NCBI GenBank assembly: GCA_964106645.2
Contig: OZ067038.1
Reading direction: 5' to 3' (one strand)
Length of the DNA stretch: 64,000 nt
Origin: Podarcis pityusensis
Taxonomy: Eukaryota
Positions within the stretch are counted from its first letter, which is position 1, and every line of letters starts with the position of its first letter. A model generated the notes under the pieces. That model made no database searches. It had not been told where the DNA came from and was given only the letters and a program-made list of their open reading frames with translations. Below are positions 34,223-47,925 of the stretch, piece by piece. Both the position numbers and the translations under genes were made by a program.

Positions 34223-37200
34223 ATGTATATTAAAGCTATGTTGCTGTGCAAAATGCAACTTAATGCACAAACTTGAGGTCATCACTCTTAAAAGCTGTTT
34301 TTAATTTGGTATTTACCCAGTGCTGTAATCCAGGAGTTGCCTGGTCACCAGTGGGAAGAGAACAATTGCTCCTGACAACTAAGACTGGCAGAAAGAAAAC
34401 CTTGGCACACCTGCAACACCATGTGGGATATGGGTGTGCCTATGCCCTCTTCATCAGCAACTGGCCTTTTCATACAGAATGGTAACTGCTGCATAATGCT
34501 GCACATGCCACCCACCAAGTAGCTAGGGCTGCTCCTTTCATTACATTACTTGTTTGAGCACTACATAGAAATAAGTGGGATGTGCAACAAAATATTGCAG
34601 TTTGGAGCGTTCATGTTCAGCGTGCCAGCCAGCAATGTATTCTCCTAGAAGGACACTTCATTCCACTCCTCATCACATCTAGTAGCTGCAGTGTATGCTC
34701 AGTCCTGACTGAGAAGCGTAAATAAAAACCAATTTAAAAATTATAAACATTTAAATCAAGATTTTATTTTATTTAAAAAGATAAATGCCAAGTTTCTTTT
34801 CAGGAAAGTTTAGGATATTAATCTGAAGAAATGGATATTAGCTCTACAGTTAGTCTCTTAACTATAGCAATGCCTCTACCCGATACATTGAGTTAAGTGA
34901 CACTTTCCTATATAAACTAAGAATCAATTTGACAATTTCTCAAATTTCATTATTTACACGCATCCACCAAACATTAGCTTTTCATTTTCACTTGAATGAA
35001 AATAACCAGCTCTACTCTGCCCACTAATTATCTGGACATACTTTGATGTCATGGGTATTCCCCCCCCCCTTTTTTTGTTACTTTTTTGACAAGTGCAAGA
35101 TGCAATCCTTTGTTTTAAGAAATAAACTGTATAAATTCCATTTAGTTGTAAATTAACATGATTTAATCGTCAAATATGCACCATTGTGTAGGAAATATAT
35201 GAAGAGGAAATCAATACAAAAAAAATATTTAAATCAGCCTTTTCCCCTTTGCAAATATAAGCCAATTTAGTCAAACTTAATTCAAGCACTAGAGCTAATC
35301 ACAGTTTGTCTACATAATCTCCCCTGACAATGACAGAACCTCATCCCATCACTCCTAGGGGGACTTGCTATATTGCATTCAAAGTGCATGGCAGCAAGGC
35401 GTATTGCATTCTAGTCACTCCAGGCTGTGGGCAGCTGGATTACCCATTTTTAAAATGCTAAACAACAGAAATTGCTTTAAGAGGAAGTGCTTCAGCCCTT
35501 GGACTACCTTGTAAAGTGATCTGCAAGGCTGTGAATTCTGAAGTGGACTCATAATCTGATGCAGGTCACTATCCACCTGTATCAGATTAGAATTATAGAG
35601 TTAGAAGGAACCCGAGGTTCATCTAGTCCAAGAATTTGCTGGTCCTTATTGCGATCCTTAATATTTTTTATGTTTTGCAGATATTTTTAAGCTGCTGTAA
35701 CCTGCCCTGAACATTAGACTACAATGGAAGGGCAGAGGATTTTTTTTTCTAAATCCAATGTGCCAAATAATGGCACATTACCATGCACCATCAACATTTA
35801 GCAACTTGTTACTTCACACCCCATTAGCCACCCTGGATAGCCACACTAATTTCCCAAATAACTGTGAACCCACCACTGTGTTCACTTGGCCTCCTGCATG
35901 TCCTATAGTAAGATGAAGGTTCTGTGAATGTGGTGGTGGGGGGGGGGAGTTAAGGAAGAGAATATCCACCTTGAATCAGTATGTGGTACTGGGAGACATC
36001 AGGAAAATTGAGAGCAACAGTGTGATCATAACTTGTGCCTCTCTGGGCTTGTTCAATGCAGGGTGTGTGGCCATATTCAGTGATGGGAATGGGGGGGGGG
36101 TTACCTTTGCATCTGTGTAGCCAGGTATTTCAGCTGGCCACAGTATCTATGTGCTGCTCAGAATAGGTGTTAATTACAACTCTGGAAATATTAGTAACAC
36201 CACAAGTTAATATGCCAGAAACACTATACATATCTCACATGCAACTGTGTCTTAGGACAGAAGCCAGACCTATGTCATATAATTCCATTCCTTAGAGGGA
36301 CAATGCAGGTCAATTCTTCCAGGACAAGGTACTCATTCATATGACTAATCCACAAGCAAACACACAGGCACAATCTTGGAGGTTGGAAAATGTTAAGATG
36401 GTACCCACTGACAAAAGTACTATACTGAAGAATCCTTTCCACAGAAAAGCCTGGGCTCAGGACCCAGCGGGCTTCCCCCTTGAAGACGCCTGTGTAATAC
36501 CCTAATCTGCTTTGCTGCTGGGAGTTTAATCCCATAGATTTAGGGCAGCATCTGTCCTTCTTTCTCCAATCAGAGCAGTCTGTGATAAACAGATGGATTT
36601 AGGCAGCAGGAGCAAAGAGCAGGGAAGGGAAATGCAAGGCTACCTCTAAAAAATGACATATGGAGTAAACCAATTGACAGAATGCTCAGAGCCCACTAAG
36701 GGTATCTAAGGGGCATATATTAGATTAGCAGGGAAGGGTGAGGCATCCCTCCCAATATAGTCTTCCTCTCCTCCCCCTCATTATCAAAATATCTATAAGG
36801 CAAATGCCAGTTCAACTCTTTTCATTTGTGGGTCAGTGAGAACACAGGCTTAATCTACAATACAGGCCAAAAAGAGGCTGAAGCAGCAGCTAAAAATCGA
36901 CTCAACAAACCCTGCCTACTGGCATCAGGCCTGTGAATCCTTAATGGTGGGATGGTAGCTAGAGGCAGGGAGGTACTGTCAGTGTATTCTGAACAGCAGA
37001 ATTAGGCAATGCAAACACACACCAAAGCTAGGAAGACAATAATCTGCCGTGTATCTACAGAGAATACAACAGAAGTTGATATTTCCTGAACGAGCTAAGG
37101 ATAGAAACTTGAGCTTATGGGTGAATCCAAAGAACATGATATGGAGCCTTTTTGTTCCATGAGACTAGAGCAATGTTGTCCAGGTGTCACAGTGATATGC

Positions 37201-38213
37201 AAAAGGATAAATGAACACATTCAAATTATTATATATGTACACATCTCAAAGCCACTAGCATTCAATATGTCTACAGAAACAGTCTTAAGGCCAGACAAAA
37301 CCATGGGAATTATAAGCCTCTTGCAGAGTGAGATAGTAGATGACAATGATGTTGCTGTTTCTTGATAATTTTTTTAAGAAGTTATTATGTACTGCATATA
37401 CATCACAGGCCAAGCACCTAAAAGATGGGAATTATACATCTTTTACCTAGCATTCACATACCTATATTTTAATGATAAAGCCTTCTACTGTGGAAAAAAT
37501 AAAAGAAATGAGGGAAAACAAGTAAGAAGGCTAGTGACAAAATGAAAGGTGGTCAAGGTATTCAAAGTAGACAGGCAGATGGTGGAGACTCCACCCTGTC
37601 AGAGGAGGTAATGTTTAAAGAACTCAGACAGGAACTTTCAAGTCCTATCCCAGTAGTTAACCCAATTTATTTTATAACTTTCTCCCTACAGAAGAGATCT
37701 AGGTCAGAAACCTTCCCAAACATCTAATGACACAGACATGACCAGCCCGTGTTTGTATTTTCTCTGCTACAACTGAAGGGATGAAGAGGTGACTCAATCG
37801 CAGCTCCACATCCATTAGTGAACTGTTTTAGGCCATAAGCTATACACTAGTGAAGTTCTAAGTTTGGCTGTTGCAGAGACAGCTAACAGTGCAAAAGGAG
37901 AATAGAATATAGGCCCTGCTCTGAAGAAGTTGGATACCCACATGGTGTTCCTGATCATGCCAGTCATAATTACTGCATTTTTGCTAAATTACTGTTTGAG
38001 CCCAAATTTCTCATAACTTCTTATATGTAGGCCAACCAACATTCAACTTCTTAGAAATTCCTTACGGGTGCTACAAAAAGCTATTATGTTTTGAACAAAT
38101 GAAAAAGTTACTCAACCGGCTTGGAAGTGATTGTTTTACATGCAAAATAAAATATGAAAAGTATACGTACTTATATGAGAAGACACTTGCCAGTAAGCAT
38201 ACCATTGACATAG

Positions 38214-38581
38214 TTAAAAGGTAAAGGTACCCCTGCCCATACGGGCCAGTCTTGACAGACTCTAGGGTTGTGCGCTCATCTCACTCTAGAGGCCGGGAGC
38301 CAGCGCTGTCCGCAGACACTTCCGGGTCACGTGGCTGGCGTGACGAAGCTGCTCTGGCGAACCGGCACCAGAGCAGCACACGGAAACGCCATTTACCTTC
38401 CCGCTATAAATCGGTACCTATTTATTTACTTGCACTTAAGGGTGCTTTCGAACTGCTAGGTGGGCAGGAGCTGGGACCGAACGACGGGAGCTCACCCCGC
38501 CGTGGGGATTCGAACCGCCGACCATGCGATCGGCAAGTCCTAGGCGCTGAGGTTTTACCCACAGCGCCACCCGCGTCCCTT
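38214..38581 (-). mobile_element. Full-length Sauria SINE (Squam1/POM-type)
   Basis: 5' GGGACGCGGGTGGCGCTGTGG, B-box GGTTCGAATCC, (ACCTTT)n tail, 10-bp TSD ATTGACATAG at 38204-38213 and 38582-38591. Confidence 0.92.
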
Positions 38582-38923
38582 ATTGACATAGCTAGTGCCC
38601 ATTTAATCAACTACCTTAATGTAGGAGGGATGGTGCTTCCAAAACTCTACATTAAAATCTCAAATTGTAATATGGATGAATGAATTTTTTGTGGCATCAA
38701 TGATCCATTGGTTCTAACTGTTTTTCACCTAGACCAGGGAAATGGGCCTGGAGAATGAATTTCAATGACACATGGAAACTGAGACTTAATGGAACTTTCT
38801 CTATTAGAACCACAGCCCATTCAGTTTCTTAAGATGCCTATGTAACCTGTGACCCAATCAGGATCTACCAGTATTAGAGAGAAAAGTTCAGTGGTTTGCT
38901 CTTACGATTTTAGCCTTCTAGTT

Positions 38924-39049
38924 CAGGCATAGGCAAACTCAGCCCTCCAGATGTTTTGGGACTACAATTTCCATAATCCCTGACCACAGCTAGGGATCAT
39001 GGGAGCTGTAGTCCGAAAACATCTGGAGGGTCAAATTTGCCTATGCCTG
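38924..39049. mobile_element. Palindromic hAT MITE
   Basis: CAGGCATAGGCAAA ... TTTGCCTATGCCTG termini with a perfect 8-bp TSD TTCTAGTT. Confidence 0.9.
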
Positions 39050-39473
39050 TTCTAGTTTCTAGATCCCCTAAGAAAAGAGATGCAAATGGTATGTTTAAGC
39101 AAACTGCTTCACTAACATGCTTGCTCAGGGTTTTTTTTCTTTCATTTCACTTTATACATCCTGTCCATCATGCATGAATGGCATTCTATTACTTGAACTC
39201 TAGAAATTCTGTTCACATTAACGTTCTGGTTTATCAGGGAGGGTGCAAAGAAGAGGAAGGGGGAGCAGGTTTCTGGAAATGTGAAGCTGGTACTAAGGCA
39301 TTTGCAACAAATTTTAGCTCTTTATTTTTGTACAGCCATCAATGGAAAGGCAACTACATAATATATACGAGAATCATTTAACCAAGTACTAGTGTTCTGA
39401 AGATTAAAATGAGGCAGCTGCCTACTATTACTCTAAAGATATTTGCAGGCAAATATGCCAGTTAGTTATGCCA

Positions 39474-39897
39474 GTTAAGCTTGCCAGAAGAAATATCAAC
39501 AACCTCAGATATGCAGATGACACAACCTTGATGGCAGAAAGTGAGGAGGAATTAAAGAACCTTTTAATGAGGGTGAACGAGGAGAGCGCAAAATATGGTC
39601 TGAAGCTCAACATCAAAAAAACGAAGATCATGGCCACTGGTCCCATCACCTCCTGGCAAATAGAAGGGGAAGAAATGGAGGCATTGAGAGATTTTACTTT
39701 CTTGTGCTCCATGATCACTGCAGATGGTGACAGCAGTCACAAAATTAAAGGATGCCTGCTTCTCGGGAGAAAAGCAATGACAAACCTAGACAGCATCTTA
39801 AAAAGCAGAGACATCACCTTGCGAACAAAGGTCCATATAGTTAAAGCTATGGTTTTCCCAGTAGTGATGCATGGAAGTGAGAGCTGGACCATAAAGA
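39474..39897 (+). mobile_element. BovB (RTE clade) LINE fragment, RT region
   Basis: ORF 39468..39914: NINNLRYADDTTLMAESEEELK...KAMVFPVVMHGSESWTIK, characteristic of BovB RT. Confidence 0.92.
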
Positions 39898-40631
39898 GGA
39901 CTCCCTGGTCCTGAATGGGGTTAACTCTGCCCCTGAAGGACCAGGTGCGCAGCTGGGGGGCTCACAGCTGTCCATGGAGGCACAGGTCAATTCTGTGTCC
40001 AGGGCAGCTGTCTACCAGCTCCATCTGGTATGCAGGCTGAGACCCTATCTGCCCGCAGACTGTCTCACCAGAGTGGTGCATGCTCTAGTTATCTCCCGCT
40101 TGGACTACTGCAATGCACTCTATGTGGGGCTACCTTTGAAGGTGACCTGGAAACTCCATCCATAATCTAGCGCAGCTAGACTGGTGACTGGGAGCAGCCG
40201 CCGAGACCACATAACACCAGTCTTGAAAGACCTACATTGGCTCCCAGTACGTTTCCGAGCACACTTCAAAGAGTTGGTGCTGATCTTTAAAGCCCTAAAT
40301 GGCCTCGGCCCTGTATACCTGAAGGATTATCTCCACCCCCATCGTTCAGCCCAGACACTGAGATCCAGCACTGAGGGCCTTCTGGCGGTTTCCTCACTGC
40401 GAGAAGTGAGGTTACAGGGAACCAGGCAGAAGGCCTTCTCGGTGGTGGCGCCCACCCTGTGGAATGCCCTCCCATTAGATGTCAAGGAAATAAACAACTA
40501 TCTGACTTTTAGAAGACATCTGAAGGCAGCCTTGCTTAGGGAAGTTTTTAATGTCTGATGTTTTATTGTATTTTTAATATTGGAAGCCACCCAGAGTGGC
40601 TGGGAAAACCCAACCAGATGGGTGGGGTATA

Positions 40632-40667
<36 letters not shown>

Positions 40668-40680
40668 TACTACTACTACT
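39898..40680 (+). mobile_element. L2 LINE 3' portion with (TAT)n(TAC)n tail
   Basis: ORFs contain VHALVISRLDYCNALYVGLP, HITPVLKDLHWLPVRFR and PTLWNALP; microsatellite tail at 40634-40680. Confidence 0.9.
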
Positions 40681-41519
40681 GGACCTCCAAAACCTACCTG
40701 CTGCAATAGGAGTGCTAAGAAGCTGGCAGCTTCCAGATAAATCCCAGAAGGCAAACAATCCACCCTGTATCAAACTGCAGCTTCCAGCTACATTATAGAC
40801 AGTTTCAGAAAGGTTGGTTGCCAGGGATTTTTCTCATAGGCCACAAAGGCCTTAACCCCCTCCCCCTACAAAAAACCCCCACCCTGAGCAACCCATTTTC
40901 ATGCAAGATGATATAAGAATTTTGTAACTTAAGAATGTGGTGACTGAGACTGCTTGTTTTCCTCTCCCCTCTACATCATCTTCCCTCTTCTGTTATGGCT
41001 TTTTAGACTGTACACTGGAGAACAATTGATTTGTAAGCCACTCTGGGCAGTTTTCCATCAGAAGAGTGGTATATAAATATTTTGAATATATAGACATGAA
41101 ATAATGTATGAGAGGCCCCTCAGAGGCTCTAGAAGAAACTCAAAATGCCCTGTAGTAAGTGTATTTTTAATAAGCTTCCAAAACATTTAAACAAAGGGGG
41201 TAGGGTGGGAATAAAAGTGGGATTCCTGGAAAAACCTGAAATTTGCATGTGGGGGAGCGGAACTGAAACTATCAAGTAAAAAAACAAAAAATCTAAACTA
41301 CTTTACTACTTTAAAAATATGAACAGCATTATACATTACATAGAATTGTATCATTCAGTCTATGAAGTGTAAAAGTATTTGTAGCAACATTTTCCAAACA
41401 GCAAATATTTAGTCCCAAATGTTAGAGCGAGCTGCAAACACCTGCACCTTAGCATACTCAGTAAGAGTTTAGTTTGTACCCTTGCATTTTGCAAGGTTAA
41501 TTGTGGGCAATATTCCTAC

Positions 41520-41868
41520 CACAAGACAGGGTTGTCCACTATCACCATTATTGTTTATATTGGCCTTAGAAGTCTTGGTGCAAAGAATAAGAAGTAATCA
41601 GGAGATTAAAGGAATTGCAGTGGGGCAACGATCCTATAAATTAAAAGCTTTTGCAGATGGTGTGGTGTTATCACTATTAGAACCACTGGAGTCCACCCCA
41701 AAGGTTTTAGAAGAAAAATTTAAAAATATTGAAGAAATGGCAGGCTTTAAACTGAATAAAAGCAAAATGTTAGTGAAAAATATGAAGGAGAGCCGGGGGG
41801 GGGGGGAGAGAGAATTAAAGGAAAAAACAGGTCTTATGATAGAGAAATAAGTAAAATACTTGGGGGTA
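41520..41868 (+). mobile_element. L1/Tx1-clade LINE RT fragment
   Basis: TRQGCPLSPLLFILALEVL...KLKAFADGV (RT motifs, catalytic DD degenerate). Confidence 0.85.
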
Positions 41869-41869
41869 T

Positions 41870-43740
41870 GAGAGAAAAGTCAGTAGCTGTGCTTGCAGAA
41901 GCCCTGGAAGTGAAATTTAGGTTGTGAGGTAGGATGATGAGAACCAGGACTTTCAAGATAGCTTTCTCTGAAATCCTACCAGTTTCACACACAGAGCCAG
42001 CTAGACAGGCACAGCTTTGCAGTATCAATGAGTGGATGAGATGGTGGTGTCAGGAGGAAGGATTTGGATTTTTTAGGCACTAGGGAATGTTTTAGGACAA
42101 GCTGAGCCTGTACAAAAGGGTCAAACTCCACTTGAAAAAGGATGGAAACTGACTGCTGATGCTTAAAATAAAAAATGTGTCAGAGCAGTTTTTAAACTGA
42201 TTGCAGGGGGTGAAGCCAACGGAAGCAAATCTTCCCACTAAGGCGTAAGGGGTATGATTGTTTAAATGGGTACTGGCAGTGCAGAGGCACATGACAGAAG
42301 TTCAGAAAGACGAAAGCACCATAGACTAAAATGAAAAATGACAATCACTTAATGCTATGTTGCATACAACTGAGTAAGTGTCCCATTAGTGCAAGGATTT
42401 CTGCTTGTGCGTTGGGACTTTCTTCCCCTTTCCTCTCATCTGGTGCCCTCTTAATCTGTTCTAGGGATTCCCCCACCACTCTGAATAATATCTGAAGACA
42501 GCAAAGAGAGCCATTTACTTAAAAGTAGGTTGGATACAACCAACAAAATTTAAGTGTTTATATGCTAGAAGACTCGAGTCAAGATGGATGAGCTGGACTA
42601 CTTGGACTTTGAGGAAAATACAGAAATAGTAGGTGTTATGTCTGGAGCTTTAATCCTAGAATAACAGGCGGGTAGGATTTTAGAATGTAGTAATCTGATT
42701 GGCTGTTAGAGCCGTCCAATCCGGCTCCAGAAGGGAAGTTTAAACCGGCCTATCAGGTGTGATCTAGGGTGTGAATAAAGGATATATAGCCTGGGGTCTG
42801 GGAGGGGCAAGCAGGCAAGCACAGACAGAGCCACACCCGAGAGGCTGGTTCAAACTTCCCTTCTAAAATTTTACATTCTAAAATCCTACCCGCCTATTAT
42901 TCTAGGATTAAAGCTTAAGACATAACAATAGGCATAACAGAAACCTGGTAGAATGGACAGAACCAATACACACAGTTATCTCTAGATACAAACCCTATAG
43001 GAAGGACAGGATGGGGCATACTGAGGTGGTGTCACTCTGTATGCCAAAGAGGACATGGAGTCCAATAAGCTGGAAATTCCCAAAGGCACAGATTCTTCCT
43101 TAGAGTTGTTGTGGGTAGTGATATCGAGCCTCAAAAGGTAATTTAGCACTAGAGAAATGCTGTTGCTCCCCCTGACCAAAATGCTCAATGATTTTGAAAA
43201 GGAGAATGAGAAATCAATGGAGAATTAAATCAAGGAGGCATCTAAAAGAGGAAGTGCTGCAGTAATAGGTGACTACCATTATCCTCACATGGACTAAGTG
43301 CATATTTGTTTCTAGATACTCAAAATGACTCTGCCTTAGAACAACAGGTAATGGAACTGAACAGAGGAGTGATGACCCTGGGGACTTAATCCTGAGTGGC
43401 CCCCAGGACCTGGTGCAAGTGTAGTTGAATCAGTTGAGAACTGTGGTCATAATACTATCAAATTCAATGTATATGTGAACAGACAATTGCAAAAACAAAC
43501 AAACAAACAAAAACAAGAAACAACAACCCCTGAACCCAGTCACATGTGACTTCAAAAAGAGGAAACTTCCCAGAAAAAGGAAGTTAAAAAAGGAAGTTGA
43601 AAGGCAAAGTCAAGGAGGTCATATCTACCCAAAATGCTTAAATGTTGTTTTAAATTATAAATTAGAAGTTCAGCTAGAATGTATTCTAGAGATCAAGAAA
43701 AGTACACCAGGGCCAAGAGAATGCCTGCATGGTTAACAAG
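41870..43740 (+). mobile_element. CR1 LINE relic (end of ORF1 and ORF2 endonuclease), interrupted by a MITE
   Basis: ORF1-like AFSEILPV...NEWMRWWCQEEGFGF; endonuclease motifs IVGITETW, YRKDR, GGGVTLY and IGDY. Confidence 0.8.
42634..42927. mobile_element. TGT...ACA-terminated element with ~56-bp TIRs, inserted in the CR1
   Basis: TGTTATGTCTGGAGCTTTAATCCTAGAATAACAGGCGGGTAGGATTTTAGAATGTA is mirrored at the right end; flanks GTAGG/ATAGG split the CR1 IVGITETW codons. Confidence 0.8.
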
Positions 43741-44513
43741 CTTGAATGTGACAATCAATCTCTGTATATTTTGCTAATGGTTAATGTTACAAGGTAAGAT
43801 ATTCTGAAGACAGCAAAATAAGCCTACTAGAAAAACAAGATTTTTTCCTGCTGTCACCCTGCAAAAAGAGTAATCGGCATTTACAATACTATACATTTAC
43901 TGCTCAGATTCTCAGGGCCATATCCCAAACTAAATGAAAGGCGAGGCGATTGAGAAATTCGTAGCATACAACACAGAAGTCTGTAAGATCATAGTTGTGG
44001 GAGGGTTCATGCAACTGCTTACCAAATAATCATGAAAAACAACATCAAGTACTCTTGAATGTAGACACCCCCAAGATCTGTTGAATCATGTTTTTCACTG
44101 TAGATAACAGGCTTCTTGGAAGCTCAGCTATTACTGCCTGCCAAATATACTGAGTCACATCTTCAGACCTAGAAGGCTCTCTTTTAATCAACAGCTGGAA
44201 CTGGACTGAGATATTTGCTCCAATTCTTTTAGTCAAAAAGAAGCTTTAAAGCACACATTCAAGAATCTTGCATCTAGTAACCTGCAAGGTTAAGCATGTC
44301 TGCTACAAGCAGCAAATAAATTAGTGAAAGAAAGCTAAATTATATGTGTGTACTGCTGAGGAGCTCAGCTAAATGAACACTACAGGAGCCAAACAATAGT
44401 TCTGCCCTCATCACAGCATAGCAGAATTGCATCATATTGTGAATGGGAAACCGTGTAGCACAGTCCAATGACACTGCTGACATGCCGGCTCATACTAATC
44501 ATCATCAATGTAT

Positions 44514-44552
44514 TATTAATTACAATTAATTAATTAATTAATTAATTAATTA
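44514..44552. repeat. (TAAT)n microsatellite
   Basis: Read directly from the sequence. Confidence 0.8.
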
Positions 44553-44703
44553 CAGTGTTCAAAACCCCACAGGTGCCAGGCGCGTTTTGCGACTGGCGCA
44601 GGTTGAATTATTACCATGTGGAGATCTCTGGATGCCAGGTTGGCGACTAATATCTCCATCTGTCTGGGCCCTCCAGCTTTCTTAAGCAGGTAAGCAGAAG
44701 AAC

Positions 44704-44917
44704 TTATTTATTGCATTTACATCCCATCCTTTTCTCCAAGGAGTACATGGTTCACCCTCCTCCTCAGTTAATCCCTACAACAACTCTGTAAGGTAGGTTA
44801 AACAAAGAGGCTGTGATTGGTCCAAGGTCATCCAGTGAGCTTCATGACTGAGTGGGAATTTGAACCCTGATTTCCCAGGTCCTAGTCTGACACTCTAACC
44901 ACTACACCACACTGACT
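44704..44917 (-). mobile_element. tRNA-derived SINE (Squam3/MIR-like)
   Basis: Minus strand gives A-box-like GTGGTGTAGTGGTTAGAGTG and B-box GGTTCAAATTC; CCTACAACAACTCTGTAAGGTAGG core on +. Confidence 0.75.
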
Positions 44918-46169
44918 TCCAAGAGCACTTCTGCTATGGGGCAGCTATAAAAATTAAGTGGATATATAAATATGGGGAAAGCAAAATGTCACTTACAGAA
45001 GGATCTGAAATATTTTCCATGAGGCTTGAATTTGATTTATTCAGAATAGTTCTACTCAATGTTTTAATGTGTTGTAAACCACTTTGAGCTTTTTTCTTTA
45101 AAATATAAAGCAGTATAGAAATAATAGCTATTATTTTTATTATTATTTCTTCAAACACACACCCATGGCATCTTGGTTTAAGATATATAAGGTTAGCTTA
45201 TACATCTGAGTTCCTAACACTGGTGATGAAGTTGACAGTAGACAACAAAGCTTATGTCATAATTAATTTGAACTTTTGTATCATCTCAGACACAAGGCTT
45301 CAATGGAATAGGTACAGAATCAGCTTAAGTCAGTCAAATGAGAAAATAAGTGATGCAGATGCGGGAGTTAAAGTTATCTTTATACTTCAGTAACACCCTG
45401 CATCACTTTTGAAAGAAACTATTAAGCTCGTACCCCTATTCCTACAACAATGTGAAAATGCTACATGCCCATCTCAGGTACATGTTGGGAAGTATTTTTT
45501 AAAGTATGCTTCAGACACTACATGTTAACAGGTCTTCAAACATCAGGAGTACAACTATGTTGCTTGTGCAACTTTCAATTATGAGACAGAAGCAGCCCTC
45601 AGAAATAGAGGTGATGTTCAGAAATGCCGTGGAGCATGGAGAGAATTACATTAAATCCATGGCTCCCACCCGAAATGACTCTGAATAAAACTTAAATGTC
45701 AGGAGGGCTTCAATCCTTCTTGAAGAGGATAGTTATGATTCAATTTTAAAATGTTATAAAGTAGGCTAGCCAACTTCAACTAACCTAGAATTAACTGACT
45801 GAATTTTCATTCTGAACAATTTTCATTCTGAACAATACAATATGTATACATATTTCTAGCTTACAAAGCATAGGAACATCCAGTAAATACAATTGTAGCT
45901 CTCTGCAGAATGCTTCTATAGTATACTTATGGTGGGGAAAAAGTTTAAATACTGTACTACTTTTTATGAGTACCTTCTGTGGATCTGAAAATACATACCT
46001 GTTACAGAAACTAGCCCCATAAATGCCAATGTTCACTGATTATGTATTAAATAAAAGGAGTAACTCAAAGGATTCCACTGATGGAATTCAAGCACATCAC
46101 ATGGAAGTGATATATACATTTCAGACAAGGTCTGCTAACAGTTGTGGTATATCACCAAAGTTATGAGCT

Positions 46170-46314
46170 GCTGAGATAGCTCTGTCGGTAGAACATGAAA
46201 CTCTTAATCTCAGAGTTGTGGGTTTGAAGCCCATGTTGGGCAAAAGATTTCTGCATTGCAGGGAGTTGGACAAGATAACTCATGTGGTCCCAACTTTACA
46301 ATTCTATGATTCTA
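46170..46314 (+). mobile_element. tRNA-Lys(CTT)-headed SINE with CR1-type tail (Squam2-like)
   Basis: TAGCTCTGTCGGTAGAACATGAAACTCTTAATCTCAGAGTTGTGGGTTTGA resembles tRNA-Lys; ends in ATTCTATGATTCTA, the CR1 tail repeat. Confidence 0.8.
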
Positions 46315-47925
46315 AGACAGCCTCTTCCTTAAGAATTACTTGTTATACTACCTGGTGAAGAAGTGGTATATTTATTTATCCAGAGACTATGTGCTAGCAA
46401 ACTTAAACTTTCTGCTATGCAGCACTTTAAACAATCATGTTTTGTATGACCAAATATGTGCACAAATCACTCTTCTCGCCCTGTACATTACTTATTTCAA
46501 CTTGACTTCACAAAAAGCCATCAATGAAAACTCTATCACTGTGTGTGTGCAAATGTTTTAAAAAGTATTTGAATCATATATTGCATAAAATTATTCCTTC
46601 AAGTGTGCACAATTTAGCCATTTTTTCATACACATCACTGCAATTATTTAACATGAAGACCAATAACAACCTCAATGGTAAACCAGGATAACAGCTCCTA
46701 CCTGTGGCTTATTTTCCTGCCTAAGTATCCAAACTCCTTGTATGACAAGCATTCTGTTCAACAGAAACTGATGTTTTTTGTAGTATGCCATTCACAATCT
46801 CAGATTGTCTATTGCAATTCTCTTTTATAAATGTCAGTGGACATTTTTCACAGCAACAGATTCTGAAACACAACTGACAACTTTGAAGGTAAGGAGGCTT
46901 TCAGTTTTTATAATTAATTGTAATTGATTTTACTCACTGTATGATTTTTATATACACCATTTAGACTCTGGTAATTAAGCAGCATATAAATATGTTAAAT
47001 AAAACAAATAACAACCAGACAAGTTATTTAGGCTGTTTTAATGATCTCACAGCCTTCAATTAAGTTATGCTTAACAGATATTACTCTGTACAGTCAACAT
47101 ATCTGATTATTTTGACTACAAATAGGCCTCCCAATGCTGAACAAGCTTTCCCTTTTTATCTGGCAGATAAATCTTCCCCTATCCACCATGGCAAAAAACA
47201 TCACTCCTCTGCATTGCAGGTACAATTGTGAACCCCAATATATACAGTAACCTCAGTGCTTGTGCCCAAACTAAGCTCCCACACTTCCCTGCACAGTGAG
47301 ACATTATTTTAATCCAGGTTCCACTTACATTTATTTCCAAGAGGTCCCTATAATAAAAGCTGTAGGAATGGCACTCTTCCACCACAGAAAAACTAAAGTG
47401 TAACCTTGGCCATTGCAAGTGAGCAAGATGTGGTGGCCTGGTTTGCACAAATCCTGCCTTAGTAAGACAGGATATGCCCTAGTATTATACACTCACATGC
47501 TGGTTCTTTGCTAACTGAAAACTATGGCTTCTCTGGCAGTCCTCTTCCAGAATCTAAAGCCAACTTCACTTCACACATAACGGGAAACTATGCTTAACTT
47601 TGGCTTCCTGGTTTGTTTCCACATACCTATACAGTATTGTAGGAGCAAAAGCAAGTGCATATACAACCAATATATTTAATATGACCATAAAAACATGACT
47701 GCAAATTTCAACAAAGCTAAACAAAATTAGCCATCAAATCAGTGGGTTCTGAGTGCCCTGATTCAGATTACCATTTCTGTCAGCATAACAAAAATGAGTA
47801 CACGGCTGGCTTTTTCTATCCAGGAGTACTGGATTTTCTTAACAGCCTCTAGACTCACATGCAAAACTGCCAACCCAGTCTATCCATGCCCCCTTCCCCA
47901 AATACTATATATTATCTTGACTCAC

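Noticed and set aside
38252-38683. 143-aa ORF
   Set aside because: It lies largely within a Sauria SINE, in antisense; non-coding.
40498-40798. Poly-Asn, poly-Ile and poly-Leu ORFs (also at 2302 and 51535)
   Set aside because: These are translations of (AAT)n L2 tail microsatellites.
46170-46243. tRNA-Lys(CTT) gene
   Set aside because: Many stem and box substitutions, and it runs into a CR1-type tail; it is a SINE head.
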